The notes under the pieces are model-generated. The model saw only the letters and a list, made by a program, of their open reading frames with translations, was not told the origin of the DNA and did not search any database. 53,257 nucleotides of DNA from Patescibacteria group bacterium (GTDB taxonomy: Bacteria > Patescibacteriota > Minisyncoccia > Minisyncoccales > JANBVM01). The position numbers were made by a program, and so were the translations under genes. The stretch is taken from assembly GCA_024238995.1 (NCBI GenBank), contig JANBVL010000004.1, positions 1 through 53,257 on the forward strand, in the 5' to 3' direction. Shown here one piece after another: positions 17,663 through 27,813 of the stretch; the stretch's first letter is position 1, and the number at the start of each line of letters is the position of its first letter.

Positions 17663-18067
17663 ATGAAAAAAGTATTTTTAAGCTTAATTGCAATAACTTC
17701 ATTAACAGTGCTTGTGGTGCCTATGATAGTTTCAGCACAGCCAGTAACTGGTTGTGAGATAACTCATACCGAAGTAGCTGATTTCGAATCTGCTTGTACA
17801 GTGGGCGCAATAACTGATTCGGTAGATGCTTGGGGAATGTGCTGCTTACTAAATACAGTTTATACTGTTGTTGATTGGATATTTTTTGGTTTGATAGCAG
17901 TAGTATCTTTATTCACGATTTTAGGTGCTTTTGACATCTTAACAGCAGCAGGTGACCCAGAGAAAGTAAAGAAAGGACGAGAGAGAATAATGTATGCAAT
18001 GATTGGTTTAGCAGTTGCCTTATTGTCTCGAGCAGTTCCATCAATTGTAGTAGCAATTGTTGGTTAA
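17663..18067 (+). CDS. Second VirB2/TrbC-like small pilin paralog
   Basis: 134 aa. After a signal peptide (VSAQP) comes a Cys-containing segment. Two hydrophobic helices follow, separated by AAGDPEKVKKGRER, the same layout as the upstream gene. Confidence 0.6.
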   Translation: MKKVFLSLIAITSLTVLVVPMIVSAQPVTGCEITHTEVADFESACTVGAITDSVDAWGMCCLLNTVYTVVDWIFFGLIAVVSLFTILGAFDILTAAGDPEKVKKGRERIMYAMIGLAVALLSRAVPSIVVAIVG

Positions 18068-18152
18068 TATTAATTTTAAAAAGAGCAAAATCAATCCTAA
18101 TTTGGGATTGATTTTGTGTGTTAAAAAAGATAGAATTGAGTTGTTAATACGT

Positions 18153-18236
18153 GCCGAAGTGGTGAAACTGGCAAACACGTGAGGTTTAGGACCTCATGCC
18201 ATTTATGGCTTGTGGGTTCAACTCCCACCTTCGGCA
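18153..18236 (+). tRNA. tRNA-Leu (anticodon TAG)
   Basis: Class II tRNA. Acceptor gccgaag/cttcggc, anticodon stem tgagg/cctca with loop ttTAGga, long variable arm, T arm gtggg-ttcaact-cccac. Confidence 0.9.
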
Positions 18237-18245
18237 CAATAACTT

Positions 18246-18269
18246 AAAACCGCTTTTCCAAGCGGTTTT
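18246..18269. terminator. Bidirectional hairpin terminator
   Basis: Stem aaaaccgc / gcggtttt with an 8-nt loop. It lies between tRNA-Leu (+) and the convergent Hsp20 gene (-). Confidence 0.65.
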
Positions 18270-18286
18270 AGTTTTTAAGTGCATAT

Positions 18287-18862
18287 TTATCCTTTTACAA
18301 CAATCTTTGATTTTTTATTCCTTGTTATTTTCGGAATCTTTATTGTTAGAATTCCTTCTTTTAAAGTTGCATCAACTCTTTCAGAGTCAATTTCAACAGG
18401 AGAAATTATTTGACGAGAAAATGGTCCCCAGTAACATTCTTGATAAAAGTAATCACCTTCTTCATCAGCTAACCTTTTCCTTTCACCCTTAAGCGTTATG
18501 ACATCATCATCGATTGAAATGTCAATGTCTGTTGGTTTTATTCCGGCAATAGCTGATTGAATTATTAAATCTGAATCAGTTTGATAAACATCAACAGCTA
18601 ATTCTCCTTCTAATTGAGGCCATTGCTCTTTTTTTTCTTTTGTTAAAACTGGAGCAGGTTGAGTGGTTTCTTTTTCAACTTTTTCTTCCTTTTTCACTTC
18701 GGGCTTTAGAGTTGCTTTTTTCACTTTTGTTTTAGTTATTGTTTTTTTAACTGGTGTTTCTTTTTTTTCTTGTTTGGGTTCTTTTTTTGGCGTTGGAGTT
18801 TTTGTGCTTTCTAATTCCTCGACGCCCATTCCTTTTTTAAGTTTTTCTAAAAATGATGCCAT
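18287..18862 (-). CDS. Hsp20/alpha-crystallin small heat-shock protein with a K/E/T-rich N-terminal region
   Basis: 191 aa. The C-terminal alpha-crystallin domain reads AVDVYQTD..LIIQSAIAGIKP.DIDISIDDDVITLKGERK...ATLKEGILTIKIPK. Confidence 0.85.
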   Translation of the reverse strand: MASFLEKLKKGMGVEELESTKTPTPKKEPKQEKKETPVKKTITKTKVKKATLKPEVKKEEKVEKETTQPAPVLTKEKKEQWPQLEGELAVDVYQTDSDLIIQSAIAGIKPTDIDISIDDDVITLKGERKRLADEEGDYFYQECYWGPFSRQIISPVEIDSERVDATLKEGILTIKIPKITRNKKSKIVVKG

Positions 18863-18866
18863 ATTT

Positions 18867-19592
18867 TTAATTTATTAAATCTGTTTTTGTTCCAGCTAGA
18901 TTTTTAAGTTTTTTAAAACCATAAGAAACAAAAACAGCTGTAATTATTAAGAGAGAAAAAGCCACTAAAAGATTTAAGCCTTTTTCAATTTTTATTATAA
19001 AGAAATTATAGAAACCATGCAACAATATTGCTATTGTTAGCCCTATGAAAATCAGCTTATTTCTTTTTTGTTTTTCAAAAAAGGAAAGACCAATAAAATA
19101 TCCTACTATGGCTGAAGCTAATGCATGAAGAAATGTTGCTCCTAAAAATCTTAAAAAAGAAATTTCAAATATTTCTGATAAAAAAGGATTTTGGAGCGGA
19201 AATAAAATTAACAAATTTTCTCCTGCAGCAAAACCCAACGCTGCAATTATCATATAAATCATTGCATCAACTGGTTCATCAAATTCAGGATTGTTCAAAA
19301 CCTTTTGTTTTATTACTAAATATTTTAAAACTTCTTCTATTAAGGCAACTCCTAAAAAGATATTTAAAATAAATGCAGTTAAAGTTGGTAAGTTTAATAT
19401 TTTAACTACTTCAAAAAATAGTGTTTCAAATAAAATTGCAGGAATTGTAATAATAGCTCCATAGAAGAAGATTTTTAAAATCATTTTTTTTGGTTCAGGG
19501 TGAGAATCTTTTCTTAAATAAAATAAAAGCCAGATTATGCTGGGCAGTATTCCAAAGAAAATATATAAAGGATAATTTAAAAAATCATTCAT
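18867..19592 (-). CDS. PrsW-family intramembrane metalloprotease
   Basis: 241 aa and polytopic. It carries the EEVLKY (EExxK) motif and downstream FLHAL and HGFYN motifs. Confidence 0.7.
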   Translation of the reverse strand: MNDFLNYPLYIFFGILPSIIWLLFYLRKDSHPEPKKMILKIFFYGAIITIPAILFETLFFEVVKILNLPTLTAFILNIFLGVALIEEVLKYLVIKQKVLNNPEFDEPVDAMIYMIIAALGFAAGENLLILFPLQNPFLSEIFEISFLRFLGATFLHALASAIVGYFIGLSFFEKQKRNKLIFIGLTIAILLHGFYNFFIIKIEKGLNLLVAFSLLIITAVFVSYGFKKLKNLAGTKTDLIN

Positions 19593-19639
19593 AACTTAGA
19601 TAAATTAATTATACAATGGAAAAAATAAATAACCAATTT

Positions 19640-21172
19640 TTAGGCTTCCCCCCTTTCTTTTTCAGTTACCCAAAAGCCCAGATATTTTTTAAACATTAAT
19701 CTGGTTTGGGCGTCAAGTGAAGGAATACCTCCGAAAAAAATCAAAGTTAAAGGCAAAAACAACCATTGAAGCAGTATTGAAAGATTTTTGAACTTACTGG
19801 TCCCTTTTGGTCTTTTAGGAAGAATCAAAAGACTGATTATTGAAGATACAATCATTCCAATCATAGATATTCTCATTAAGTTGGTTGTAAATCTAGGCAG
19901 ATTATATGACAACATTGTTACATTGAATTTTTCACCTCCAAGCATTAAAGGAAGCCAACCCAGAAAAAAGATTAAAAAAGAAGCAGTTGTCCATGACCAA
20001 AATCCGTCTAAAACATTAAATGAATATGAGATTTTTTTTGAAAGGGCTATTTTTTTGTTTTTTAAAAATCCATAGATCATGAATGGAATGTCATTACAGC
20101 CCCAGGCCCATCTTCTTTGTTGCTTGTATTGATTAATAATTGTTTTAAATAAATTCTTGGCCAATACTGCATCCATGGAAACAGGATAATACAAAGGAAT
20201 TACCCTGTAATCGCCATCATAGAAAAGATAGGATTTCCAAAAAATCCTTGAATCATCAGAAACAACATTTTTTGGATAACCCACTTCTTCCAAAACTTTA
20301 AATGGCGTTGAATGGGATGAGTAGGTAACAAGTATTTCTGGTCTTTCCTGCTGCATCATCTGCCAGAAAGTGCCTGAAGTAGCAATAACCCGGGAAAATG
20401 CCGGTGCTTTCCAGATATTATTATTGTAAACCGGAATAGGTTGGTAAGAACAACGTTGTGGATTTTCAACTGTTAAAAAATGATATGTTAGACATGAAAA
20501 GTATTGGGGATATGGTTTTGTATCAATATCAAAAGTTGAGACAATAATATTATCTTTGTCCATATCAAGAGGTTCAATTATTTCTTGTTTTGCTTTTTTA
20601 ATTGCCCAAGTTGTGTTTGATCCTTTGCCAGCTACTTCAGATTCTAAATTTTGGGGATGAGTTGTAACTAAAAATTTAAAGAATTTTGAAGAAAATTTTT
20701 CTTTCATTTGGCTTGCTATAATTTGCGCCTCTTTTCCCGCTCTTTCCTCTACTGACAATACAATCATTATTTTTTCTTTTGGATAATCTGAATCTAACAT
20801 TGCTTGGCAGGAACTTTCAATAATCTCTTTATTCTCTTTATAAAATGGAAGAATTATTAAATGGTAAATTTGGTCCCAGCCATTAATTTGAGAAACTTTT
20901 TTAAACCAGTCAATTCCAAGATTTTTTTTCATTTTATTGAAACTTGCTATCTGGTGAAATGATAAATAACCTATTTTCAAAAGCCAGTAAAAATCAAAAA
21001 GGATTATAAAGATTGCTACTATTATTGGTGATAGCCATGAAAAGAAAAAAGAGCCTAGTAAGGTTAACCAGGACAAAAGTCCAGGAAGGATTTCCAAAAA
21101 TCTATATATAACTCTTTGTTTGGGATTTTCTAAATCTTCGGCTTTAGAAAGAGATAAATAGTTTTTGTTCAT
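19640..21172 (-). CDS. Membrane-embedded family-2 glycosyltransferase (processive synthase-like)
   Basis: 510 aa with N- and C-terminal TM bundles flanking a cytoplasmic GT-A-like domain (IMIVLSVEERA, STFDIDT, QQRRWAWG resembling QxxRW). Confidence 0.6.
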   Translation of the reverse strand: MNKNYLSLSKAEDLENPKQRVIYRFLEILPGLLSWLTLLGSFFFSWLSPIIVAIFIILFDFYWLLKIGYLSFHQIASFNKMKKNLGIDWFKKVSQINGWDQIYHLIILPFYKENKEIIESSCQAMLDSDYPKEKIMIVLSVEERAGKEAQIIASQMKEKFSSKFFKFLVTTHPQNLESEVAGKGSNTTWAIKKAKQEIIEPLDMDKDNIIVSTFDIDTKPYPQYFSCLTYHFLTVENPQRCSYQPIPVYNNNIWKAPAFSRVIATSGTFWQMMQQERPEILVTYSSHSTPFKVLEEVGYPKNVVSDDSRIFWKSYLFYDGDYRVIPLYYPVSMDAVLAKNLFKTIINQYKQQRRWAWGCNDIPFMIYGFLKNKKIALSKKISYSFNVLDGFWSWTTASFLIFFLGWLPLMLGGEKFNVTMLSYNLPRFTTNLMRISMIGMIVSSIISLLILPKRPKGTSKFKNLSILLQWLFLPLTLIFFGGIPSLDAQTRLMFKKYLGFWVTEKERGEA

Positions 21173-21843
21173 GTTCGTTGGATCAATCCGTCAATCCAGC
21201 CTCTTATTTGGAAGAATTTACGTCTATTATAAACTCGTATGCTAAGCACTCCATTAGGAAGAGAATTTTTTGAACGTTTTCCTTTACTTGCTTTACTTAT
21301 TTGACGCGTGATACGGAAACGACTTGGAGAAATGTTTGTAGTTGTACTCCAAAAATTAAGAGTTGATTGTTCATTGATATTTGGGTGAATTCGAATAGAT
21401 ACTTTGATTTTCTCTTCAGGAGTTTCAAGAATTTCTTGTAGGAAACGAAGAAATAAAATAATCATATAAGGGTCAGAGTTTACGAAATCAACATAAGGGC
21501 TTTTACTTTTGAGTTGTTTTTTATATCCTTCTCCCCAATAGAGAGCAGTACCGATCAATAATAATTCATGTTTCGACAGTAAACGAATTTGATCTGCTGA
21601 TTTTTTTCTAATTTGTTTATTTTCAAGTTGTACGATACGGTGTCGTTTTTTATTGTATGCTACCAATAAAGATTGACTGGCTTTGGTCTTTTTTTTAAGA
21701 ATTCTTTGTATTTTTAAAGGTAGTTTTAAGTTTTTACACCATCTACTAACTGAACTTTTACATACACCTGTAATTTTTGAAATTTCTCTATAGCTTTCCC
21801 CTTTTAATCTTAAATCAATTACGTTTTGATGTTGTAGATGCAT
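21169..21843 (-). CDS. HTH plus single-motif LAGLIDADG-like protein, paralog of 12639-13301
   Basis: N-terminal HTH (ESYREISKITGVCKSSVSRWC), then LIGTALYWGEGYK and VNSDPYMIILFLRFL motifs colinear with the 12639 protein. tRNA-Glu lies 14 nt upstream and there is a 4-nt overlap with the GT2 gene. Confidence 0.6.
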   Translation of the reverse strand: MHLQHQNVIDLRLKGESYREISKITGVCKSSVSRWCKNLKLPLKIQRILKKKTKASQSLLVAYNKKRHRIVQLENKQIRKKSADQIRLLSKHELLLIGTALYWGEGYKKQLKSKSPYVDFVNSDPYMIILFLRFLQEILETPEEKIKVSIRIHPNINEQSTLNFWSTTTNISPSRFRITRQISKASKGKRSKNSLPNGVLSIRVYNRRKFFQIRGWIDGLIQRT

Positions 21844-21857
21844 ATAATTTTAATTAG

Positions 21858-21929
21858 TGACCCCAGCGGGAGTCGAACCCGCCTTGTTGGATTGAAAATC
21901 CAAAGTCCTGACCGATAGACGATGGGGCC
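21858..21929 (-). tRNA. tRNA-Glu (anticodon TTC)
   Basis: Acceptor ggcccca/tggggtc, D arm gtct..ggac as in E. coli tRNA-Glu, anticodon stem ttgga/tccaa with loop ttTTCaa, T loop ttcgact. Confidence 0.9.
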
Positions 21930-22021
21930 TTAATTGTTGTTAATACTACTATATTCTATATCAAAATCTTAAAAAATCAACCCTTTTATTCTTAAAAAAT
22001 AATGATAAAATAAGCAATATT

Positions 22022-23074
22022 ATGATTATTTTAGCAATTGAGACATCTTGTGATGATACTTGTATTTCTGTAATCAGAATCAGTGGTAGAAAACAGCCAA
22101 AAATCAAAGTTTTATCAAATATTGTGTCTTCACAAGTTGAAATCCATAAAAAATATGGAGGCGTTTATCCATTACTAGCCAAAAGAGAGCATGAAAAAAA
22201 TCTGCCTGTTGTTTTGGAAAAATCTTTAAAAGAGGCTAAAAATCCGAAAGTTGACGCAATAGCTGTAACAACTGGTCCAGGATTAGAGCCATGCCTTTGG
22301 TCAGGTGTTAATTTTGCCAAAAAAACAGCTAAAGATTTAAAAGTTCCTATCATTCCTGTTAATCATATTGAAGCTCATATTTATGCTAATTTTTTAAATT
22401 TAAACTCAGAAGATTTTAAAAAAATGTTTCCAGCCTTGGCGCTAATAGTTTCTGGTGGCCATACTCAAATTGTTTTAGTAAAAGGTTTTGGTAAGTATAA
22501 AATACTAGGTGAAACTAGAGATGATGCTGCTGGTGAGTGTTTTGATAAAGTGGCCAGAATGCTTGGCTTAGAATATCCAGGAGGACCGATAATTGAAAAA
22601 ATTGCAAAAGAATACGATAAAAGAAAATCAAAAATTAAAGTTGATCTGCCCAGACCAATGATTTATCAAAAAAATTATGATTTCAGTTTTTCTGGTTTAA
22701 AAACAGCAGCTTTATATCATTTTAAAAACCAAAAGCCAAAAATCAAAAAATCAAAAGAATATATTAGAGCAATGGCTTATGAACTTCAAAGTGCTATTAT
22801 TGATGTTTTAGTTTATAAGACCATTAAGGCTGCCAAAGAGTATAAAGTTAAAACGATAATCTTAGGAGGCGGGGTTTCTGCAAATAGTCAGTTGCGCAAG
22901 CAATTTAAAGCTGAAATAAAAAGAGAGTTAACAGGTGTTGGATATAAAATACCAGATAAAAAATATTCAACAGACAATGCTTTAATGATAGCAATAGTTT
23001 CTTATTATAGATGGCTGGGTTCTAAGACTAAAAGCTGGAAAAAAATCAGTGTTAATGCTAATTTGAGATTATGA
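22022..23074 (+). CDS. tsaD: tRNA N6-adenosine threonylcarbamoyltransferase TsaD
   Basis: 350 aa with ILAIETSCDDT, the HIEAH metal motif and GGGVSAN. Confidence 0.9.
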   Translation: MIILAIETSCDDTCISVIRISGRKQPKIKVLSNIVSSQVEIHKKYGGVYPLLAKREHEKNLPVVLEKSLKEAKNPKVDAIAVTTGPGLEPCLWSGVNFAKKTAKDLKVPIIPVNHIEAHIYANFLNLNSEDFKKMFPALALIVSGGHTQIVLVKGFGKYKILGETRDDAAGECFDKVARMLGLEYPGGPIIEKIAKEYDKRKSKIKVDLPRPMIYQKNYDFSFSGLKTAALYHFKNQKPKIKKSKEYIRAMAYELQSAIIDVLVYKTIKAAKEYKVKTIILGGGVSANSQLRKQFKAEIKRELTGVGYKIPDKKYSTDNALMIAIVSYYRWLGSKTKSWKKISVNANLRL

Positions 23075-25182
23075 AATCAAAACTAGCAAAAACATACGAT
23101 CCTAAAAATGTTGAAGATAGAATTTATGAGTTTTGGATGAAAACTGGTTTTTTTAATCCTGATAAATTACCTGGAAAAAGAAAAAAACAATATTGTATTA
23201 CTATTCCTCCGCCAAACGTAACAGGCAATCTCCATATGGGCCATGCTTTGCAATCCACTATTCAGGATATCTTGATCAGGTGGAAGCGGTTAAAAGGCTA
23301 TAAGACTTTATGGCTTCCTGGAACAGACCATGCTGGCATAGGAACTGAAGCTAAGGTTAAAAAACAACTGATTAAGGAGGGTAAAACAAGAGAAGAATTG
23401 GGCAGAGAGAAGTTTATTGAACGTATTTGGCAGTGGAAAGAAAAATACGGAAACATTATTTTAAATCAATTTAAAAGGATGGGTTGTTCTTTGGATTGGT
23501 CAAGAATAAGATTTACAATGGATGAAGATTACTCTAAAGCAGTTAAAAAAACATTTTTACATTATCATAAAAAAGGATTAATTTATCAGGCAGAAAGACC
23601 TGTTAATTGGTGCATTAAATGTAAAACAAGTTTATCAGATCTTGAATTGGAACGTAAAGAAAAAGATTCAAAGCTTTGGTATATAAGATACCCGATTAAA
23701 CAGGATAAAAAAATAAAAAGTGAAAAACAAGAATATATTACAGTTGCAACAACAAGGCCTGAAACAATGCTAGGTGATACTGCAGTAGCAGTAAATCCCA
23801 AAGACAAAAAATACAAAAAGTTTATTGGCAAATCAGTGATTTTGCCTTTTGTGCGCAGAGAAATTCCGATTATTGCTGACAGAATGGTTGATATTGAATT
23901 TGGCACAGGGGCAGTGAAAGTTACTCCAGCTCACGACCCAAAAGATTATATTATGGGAATTGCTCATAAATTAAGAATGATAAAAGTGATTAACGAAGAG
24001 AATAAAATGAGTGACAAAGCTCCTTTAAACTACATTGGTCTTAAGGTTTCAGAAGCAAGGGAAAAAATTATTAATGATTTAAATAAATTGGGCTTAATCG
24101 AAAAAATAGAAGATTATATCCATCAGGTTCCAAAATGTTATCGTTGTAATTCAATTATTGAAATTGTCCCTTCTAATCAATGGTTTATGAAAATGGATAA
24201 ATTGGCGAAAATGGCTGAAAAAGAAGTTAAAAGTGGAAGAATCAAGTTTTATCCTAAAAGATTTGAAAAAACATATTTTGATTGGTTGTCCAATATACAT
24301 GATTGGTGCATTTCAAGACAGATTTGGTGGGGGCATAAAGTTCCTATTAAAGGTTCAGATGACGTATTGGATACATGGTTTTCTTCAGCCTTATGGCCTT
24401 TTGCAGTACTTGGCTGGCCTAAAAAAACAAAAGATTTAAAAACATATTATCCGACAAATGTTTTAACAACCGCAAGAGACATTATCAATTTATGGGTGGC
24501 AAGAATGGTTTTTTCTGGAATGGAATTTATGAAGAAAAAGCCCTTTGATCGTGTATACGTTCATCCAACAATTTTAGCTAAAGATGGCAGAAGAATGTCC
24601 AAATCATTGGGAACAGGTATTGATCCTTTGGATTTGATTGATAAATATGGAGCTGATGCCACTAGATTTGGTTTGTCTTGGATTTTAACTGGAGCACAAG
24701 ATGTTAGGTTTAATGAAGATACAATTATTATGGGCAAAAAGTTCTGCAATAAGATTTGGAATGCAACAAGATTTGTAATAATGCAGGTTGGAGATAAAGA
24801 GATACAAGTTCCGACCAAAGTTCAAATTTCAAAATTAAAACTTTCAAAGAATGAAAAAAAGATTTTAAGTTCAATTAAAAAAACAACTAAATCTATTGAT
24901 AAATATTTAGATAAATTTGAGTTTGGTCAGGCATCACAAGCTTTGTATGATTTTTTCTGGCGTGAATTCTGTGATAAGTGCATTGAAGATTCTAAAAAAA
25001 CATTAACTAAAGCAAAAACTGAAAAAGAAAAATTAAAAACAAAAAAAGTGTTGCTTTATGCTTTAATTTCTTCTTTGAAATTACTTCATCCATTTATTCC
25101 GTTTATTACTGAAGAAATTTACCAAAATCTTCCTATTAAAAAGAAAAAAGAGTCTCTAATGATAGAGGAGTGGCCAGTATAA
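23071..25182 (+). CDS. valS: Valine--tRNA ligase (short form, no C-terminal coiled coil)
   Basis: 703 aa with PPPNVTGNLHMGHAL (HIGH), the editing-domain signature TTRPETMLGDTAVAVNP and KMSKSLGT. There is a 4-nt overlap with tsaD. Confidence 0.9.
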   Translation: MKSKLAKTYDPKNVEDRIYEFWMKTGFFNPDKLPGKRKKQYCITIPPPNVTGNLHMGHALQSTIQDILIRWKRLKGYKTLWLPGTDHAGIGTEAKVKKQLIKEGKTREELGREKFIERIWQWKEKYGNIILNQFKRMGCSLDWSRIRFTMDEDYSKAVKKTFLHYHKKGLIYQAERPVNWCIKCKTSLSDLELERKEKDSKLWYIRYPIKQDKKIKSEKQEYITVATTRPETMLGDTAVAVNPKDKKYKKFIGKSVILPFVRREIPIIADRMVDIEFGTGAVKVTPAHDPKDYIMGIAHKLRMIKVINEENKMSDKAPLNYIGLKVSEAREKIINDLNKLGLIEKIEDYIHQVPKCYRCNSIIEIVPSNQWFMKMDKLAKMAEKEVKSGRIKFYPKRFEKTYFDWLSNIHDWCISRQIWWGHKVPIKGSDDVLDTWFSSALWPFAVLGWPKKTKDLKTYYPTNVLTTARDIINLWVARMVFSGMEFMKKKPFDRVYVHPTILAKDGRRMSKSLGTGIDPLDLIDKYGADATRFGLSWILTGAQDVRFNEDTIIMGKKFCNKIWNATRFVIMQVGDKEIQVPTKVQISKLKLSKNEKKILSSIKKTTKSIDKYLDKFEFGQASQALYDFFWREFCDKCIEDSKKTLTKAKTEKEKLKTKKVLLYALISSLKLLHPFIPFITEEIYQNLPIKKKKESLMIEEWPV

Positions 25183-25218
25183 TGTGTGATTGTTTTAATC
25201 GAGCACAGGTTTGATAGG

Positions 25219-27309
25219 TTATTCGAGATGAATTGTTTTCCCAAATTGCTTAATCTTATCTGCCAAGAGCGGATTTTTTTTAAGAGTTGGGTCTTGTTTT
25301 AAAGTTTCTTTTGCCCAAAAGCGTGTTTTCTCAATTAATTCTACATCTTTTAAAGAAGCCATTATTAAATCAGGAATTCCCCATTGCCGAATACCAAACA
25401 TGTCACCAGGTCCTCTTATAGCCAAATCTTTTTCTGCTAATTCAAAGCCATCATTTGATTTAAGTAGCGCTTGCAAGCGCCGGGTAGTTCCTATTTCTGA
25501 AGTGCTGGTAAATAGAAAACAATAGGATTGATCTTCCCCTCTTCCTGTCCTTCCTCTGAACTGGTGAAGCTGGGCTAAACCAAATCTTTCAGCTCCTTCA
25601 ATAATCATTATTGTTGCATTTTCGATATCAATACCGACCTCTACTACTGAAGTTGAAACTAAAACATTGGTTTTTCCTGATTTAAAACCTTTCATTATTT
25701 GTTGTTTTTCTTTGCTTTTTAATTTTCCATGAAGCATTCGCACTTTTAGTTTAGGAAAGATTTTTTGTGATAATTTTTCATATTCTTCTTTTACAGCTGT
25801 TACTTCTGACCAATCACCACTTGTTTGTTTTGGTTCTATTCGCGGGCAAACCACAAAGACTTGTTTTCCTTTTTTAACTTCACTTTTAATGAATTCATAA
25901 ACTTTTTGCCTGCCCTTTGGTTTGATTAGCTTTGTGATGATTTTTTTTCTTCCTTTTGGCAGTTCATCTAAAATTGACAAGTCTAAATCTCCATAAATTG
26001 TTAAAGTCAAAGTTCTTGGAATTGGAGTAGCTGTCATTGAAAGCAGGTGGGGGACAATGTTTTTTTGCTGACATAATTTAGCCCGTTGTTCAATTCCAAA
26101 ACGGTGCTGTTCATCTAAAATTACTAAAGCTAAGTTTTTGAATTTTACATTTTCTTGAATTAAAGCATGCGTTCCAATTAGAATATCAATTTCTCCGCTT
26201 TTAATTTGTTCTATAAGCTTTTTCTTTGTTGTTTTTTTGTTAATTACCTTATAGCCAGTTCTAGTTAATAATCCGATTTTAAGATTAAATTTTTTCAAAG
26301 CATTTGAAATGTTTTTAAAATGCTGTTCAGCTAATATTTCTGTTGGAGCCATAAAAGCAGTTTGAAAACCAGCTTTAGCTGTGTTTAAAGCTGCAATGAC
26401 AGCTACAACTGTTTTTCCAGAGCCAACATCTCCTTCTAATAATCTGTTCATTGGCCTTGGTTTTTCTAAGTCTTTTAAAATCTGCCAGCTCGATTTTCTT
26501 TGAGCAGTAGTAAGTTTAAATGGCAGACTCTTAACAAAGCTTTTAGTTGTTTCTAAATTAAATGGAATTTGTACGGCTTGTTTTTGTTTTAATTTTAATT
26601 TTTCCATTAAAACATTTAACTGAATGAAGAATATTTCCTGAAAAGAAAATCTTTTTCTTGATTGTTCAGCTAAAGCATTGGAATCTGGAAAATGAACCTG
26701 CCAAAGAGCTTTATTTAAAGGCAGTAATTGATTTTCATTCTGGATGAATTCAGGCAAAGGATCTTTGATTTTATTTTTAAAATTAGCTAAAAGCGGTCTT
26801 ATAATATATCTTAGCCAGCGGGATGATAGCCCCTCTGTTTCTGGATAAACTGGGATTAATCCTCCTGTGTGAATTAGGTTTTTTTGTTCATCTTCAGATA
26901 ATTTTTCATGAACTGGGCTCGATAAATAAACTCCGGGAAAATATTTTTTATTTAAAGCTATTTTTCCTGCTAAGCAAACTGAAGCACCAGGCTTTAAACT
27001 GTCAACTAAATAGGGTTGATTAAACCAGATTGCTTTTATTTCTCCAGAATCATCTTCAATTGTTGCTTTTGTTAAAACAAACCGCCTTTTTCTTGTGATA
27101 ATATTTTGAATATCTGTTATTTTGCCTTGAATACAAACTTTTTCATCAGCTTTAACTTCGGCTATTGGTGTTAAATCAGAAAAATCCTCATAGCGATGAG
27201 GAAAATGAAATAATAAATCAGAAATAGTTTTAATTCCTAATTTGTTTAATTTTTTTTGATACTGAGGACCAACGTGTGGTATTTTCTCAATAGGAGTTGA
27301 TAGATTCAT
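25219..27309 (-). CDS. recG: ATP-dependent DNA helicase RecG
   Basis: 696 aa with an N-terminal wedge/OB region. Helicase motifs are GDVGSGKT, ILDEQHRFG, SMTATPIPRT and QLHQFRGRTGRG. Confidence 0.9.
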   Translation of the reverse strand: MNLSTPIEKIPHVGPQYQKKLNKLGIKTISDLLFHFPHRYEDFSDLTPIAEVKADEKVCIQGKITDIQNIITRKRRFVLTKATIEDDSGEIKAIWFNQPYLVDSLKPGASVCLAGKIALNKKYFPGVYLSSPVHEKLSEDEQKNLIHTGGLIPVYPETEGLSSRWLRYIIRPLLANFKNKIKDPLPEFIQNENQLLPLNKALWQVHFPDSNALAEQSRKRFSFQEIFFIQLNVLMEKLKLKQKQAVQIPFNLETTKSFVKSLPFKLTTAQRKSSWQILKDLEKPRPMNRLLEGDVGSGKTVVAVIAALNTAKAGFQTAFMAPTEILAEQHFKNISNALKKFNLKIGLLTRTGYKVINKKTTKKKLIEQIKSGEIDILIGTHALIQENVKFKNLALVILDEQHRFGIEQRAKLCQQKNIVPHLLSMTATPIPRTLTLTIYGDLDLSILDELPKGRKKIITKLIKPKGRQKVYEFIKSEVKKGKQVFVVCPRIEPKQTSGDWSEVTAVKEEYEKLSQKIFPKLKVRMLHGKLKSKEKQQIMKGFKSGKTNVLVSTSVVEVGIDIENATIMIIEGAERFGLAQLHQFRGRTGRGEDQSYCFLFTSTSEIGTTRRLQALLKSNDGFELAEKDLAIRGPGDMFGIRQWGIPDLIMASLKDVELIEKTRFWAKETLKQDPTLKKNPLLADKIKQFGKTIHLE

Positions 27310-27315
27310 AAAGAA

Positions 27316-27792
27316 CTATAAATTAAAAATTGGCAAAGAGAAAGGTTTTTCTTTGTGTTTTAAATAAAGCTTAATGATTTCATAATGGTCAAAACCAAAT
27401 TCTTCAGGCTTCGGCAAGTTGTTGAGATCAAACCAAACCACTTCACTTATCTCATTATCAGGTTCAGAGACTTTTTCTTTTGCTTCAATTAAATAAACAA
27501 AATCTACATTTTGTTTGTCTTCTCCTTTTCTGTCTGGATTACTATTAATTCTAAATAAAGAAACTATTTTTCCTTTATAACCAGTTTCTTCTTCAAATTC
27601 TCTCAAAGCACCCTGGCTTATGGTTTCATTTCTATCTAAATAGCCTCCTGGCAAGGCATATTTATTAGGATGAGCTGGTGTATCAGAAGCGCGTTTAACA
27701 AGAAGAATTTCATTGTTTTTAATAACAATATTATCTACAGTAATGTGTCTTAAAAATGCTTTATTGTTGTTTTCGAAAAAACAAGTAATCAT
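27316..27792 (-). CDS. NUDIX hydrolase
   Basis: 158 aa with the Nudix box GGYLDRNETISQGALREFEEETG. Confidence 0.85.
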   Translation of the reverse strand: MITCFFENNNKAFLRHITVDNIVIKNNEILLVKRASDTPAHPNKYALPGGYLDRNETISQGALREFEEETGYKGKIVSLFRINSNPDRKGEDKQNVDFVYLIEAKEKVSEPDNEISEVVWFDLNNLPKPEEFGFDHYEIIKLYLKHKEKPFSLPIFNL

Positions 27793-27813
27793 ATTTATTA
27801 TTTTATATTAATG

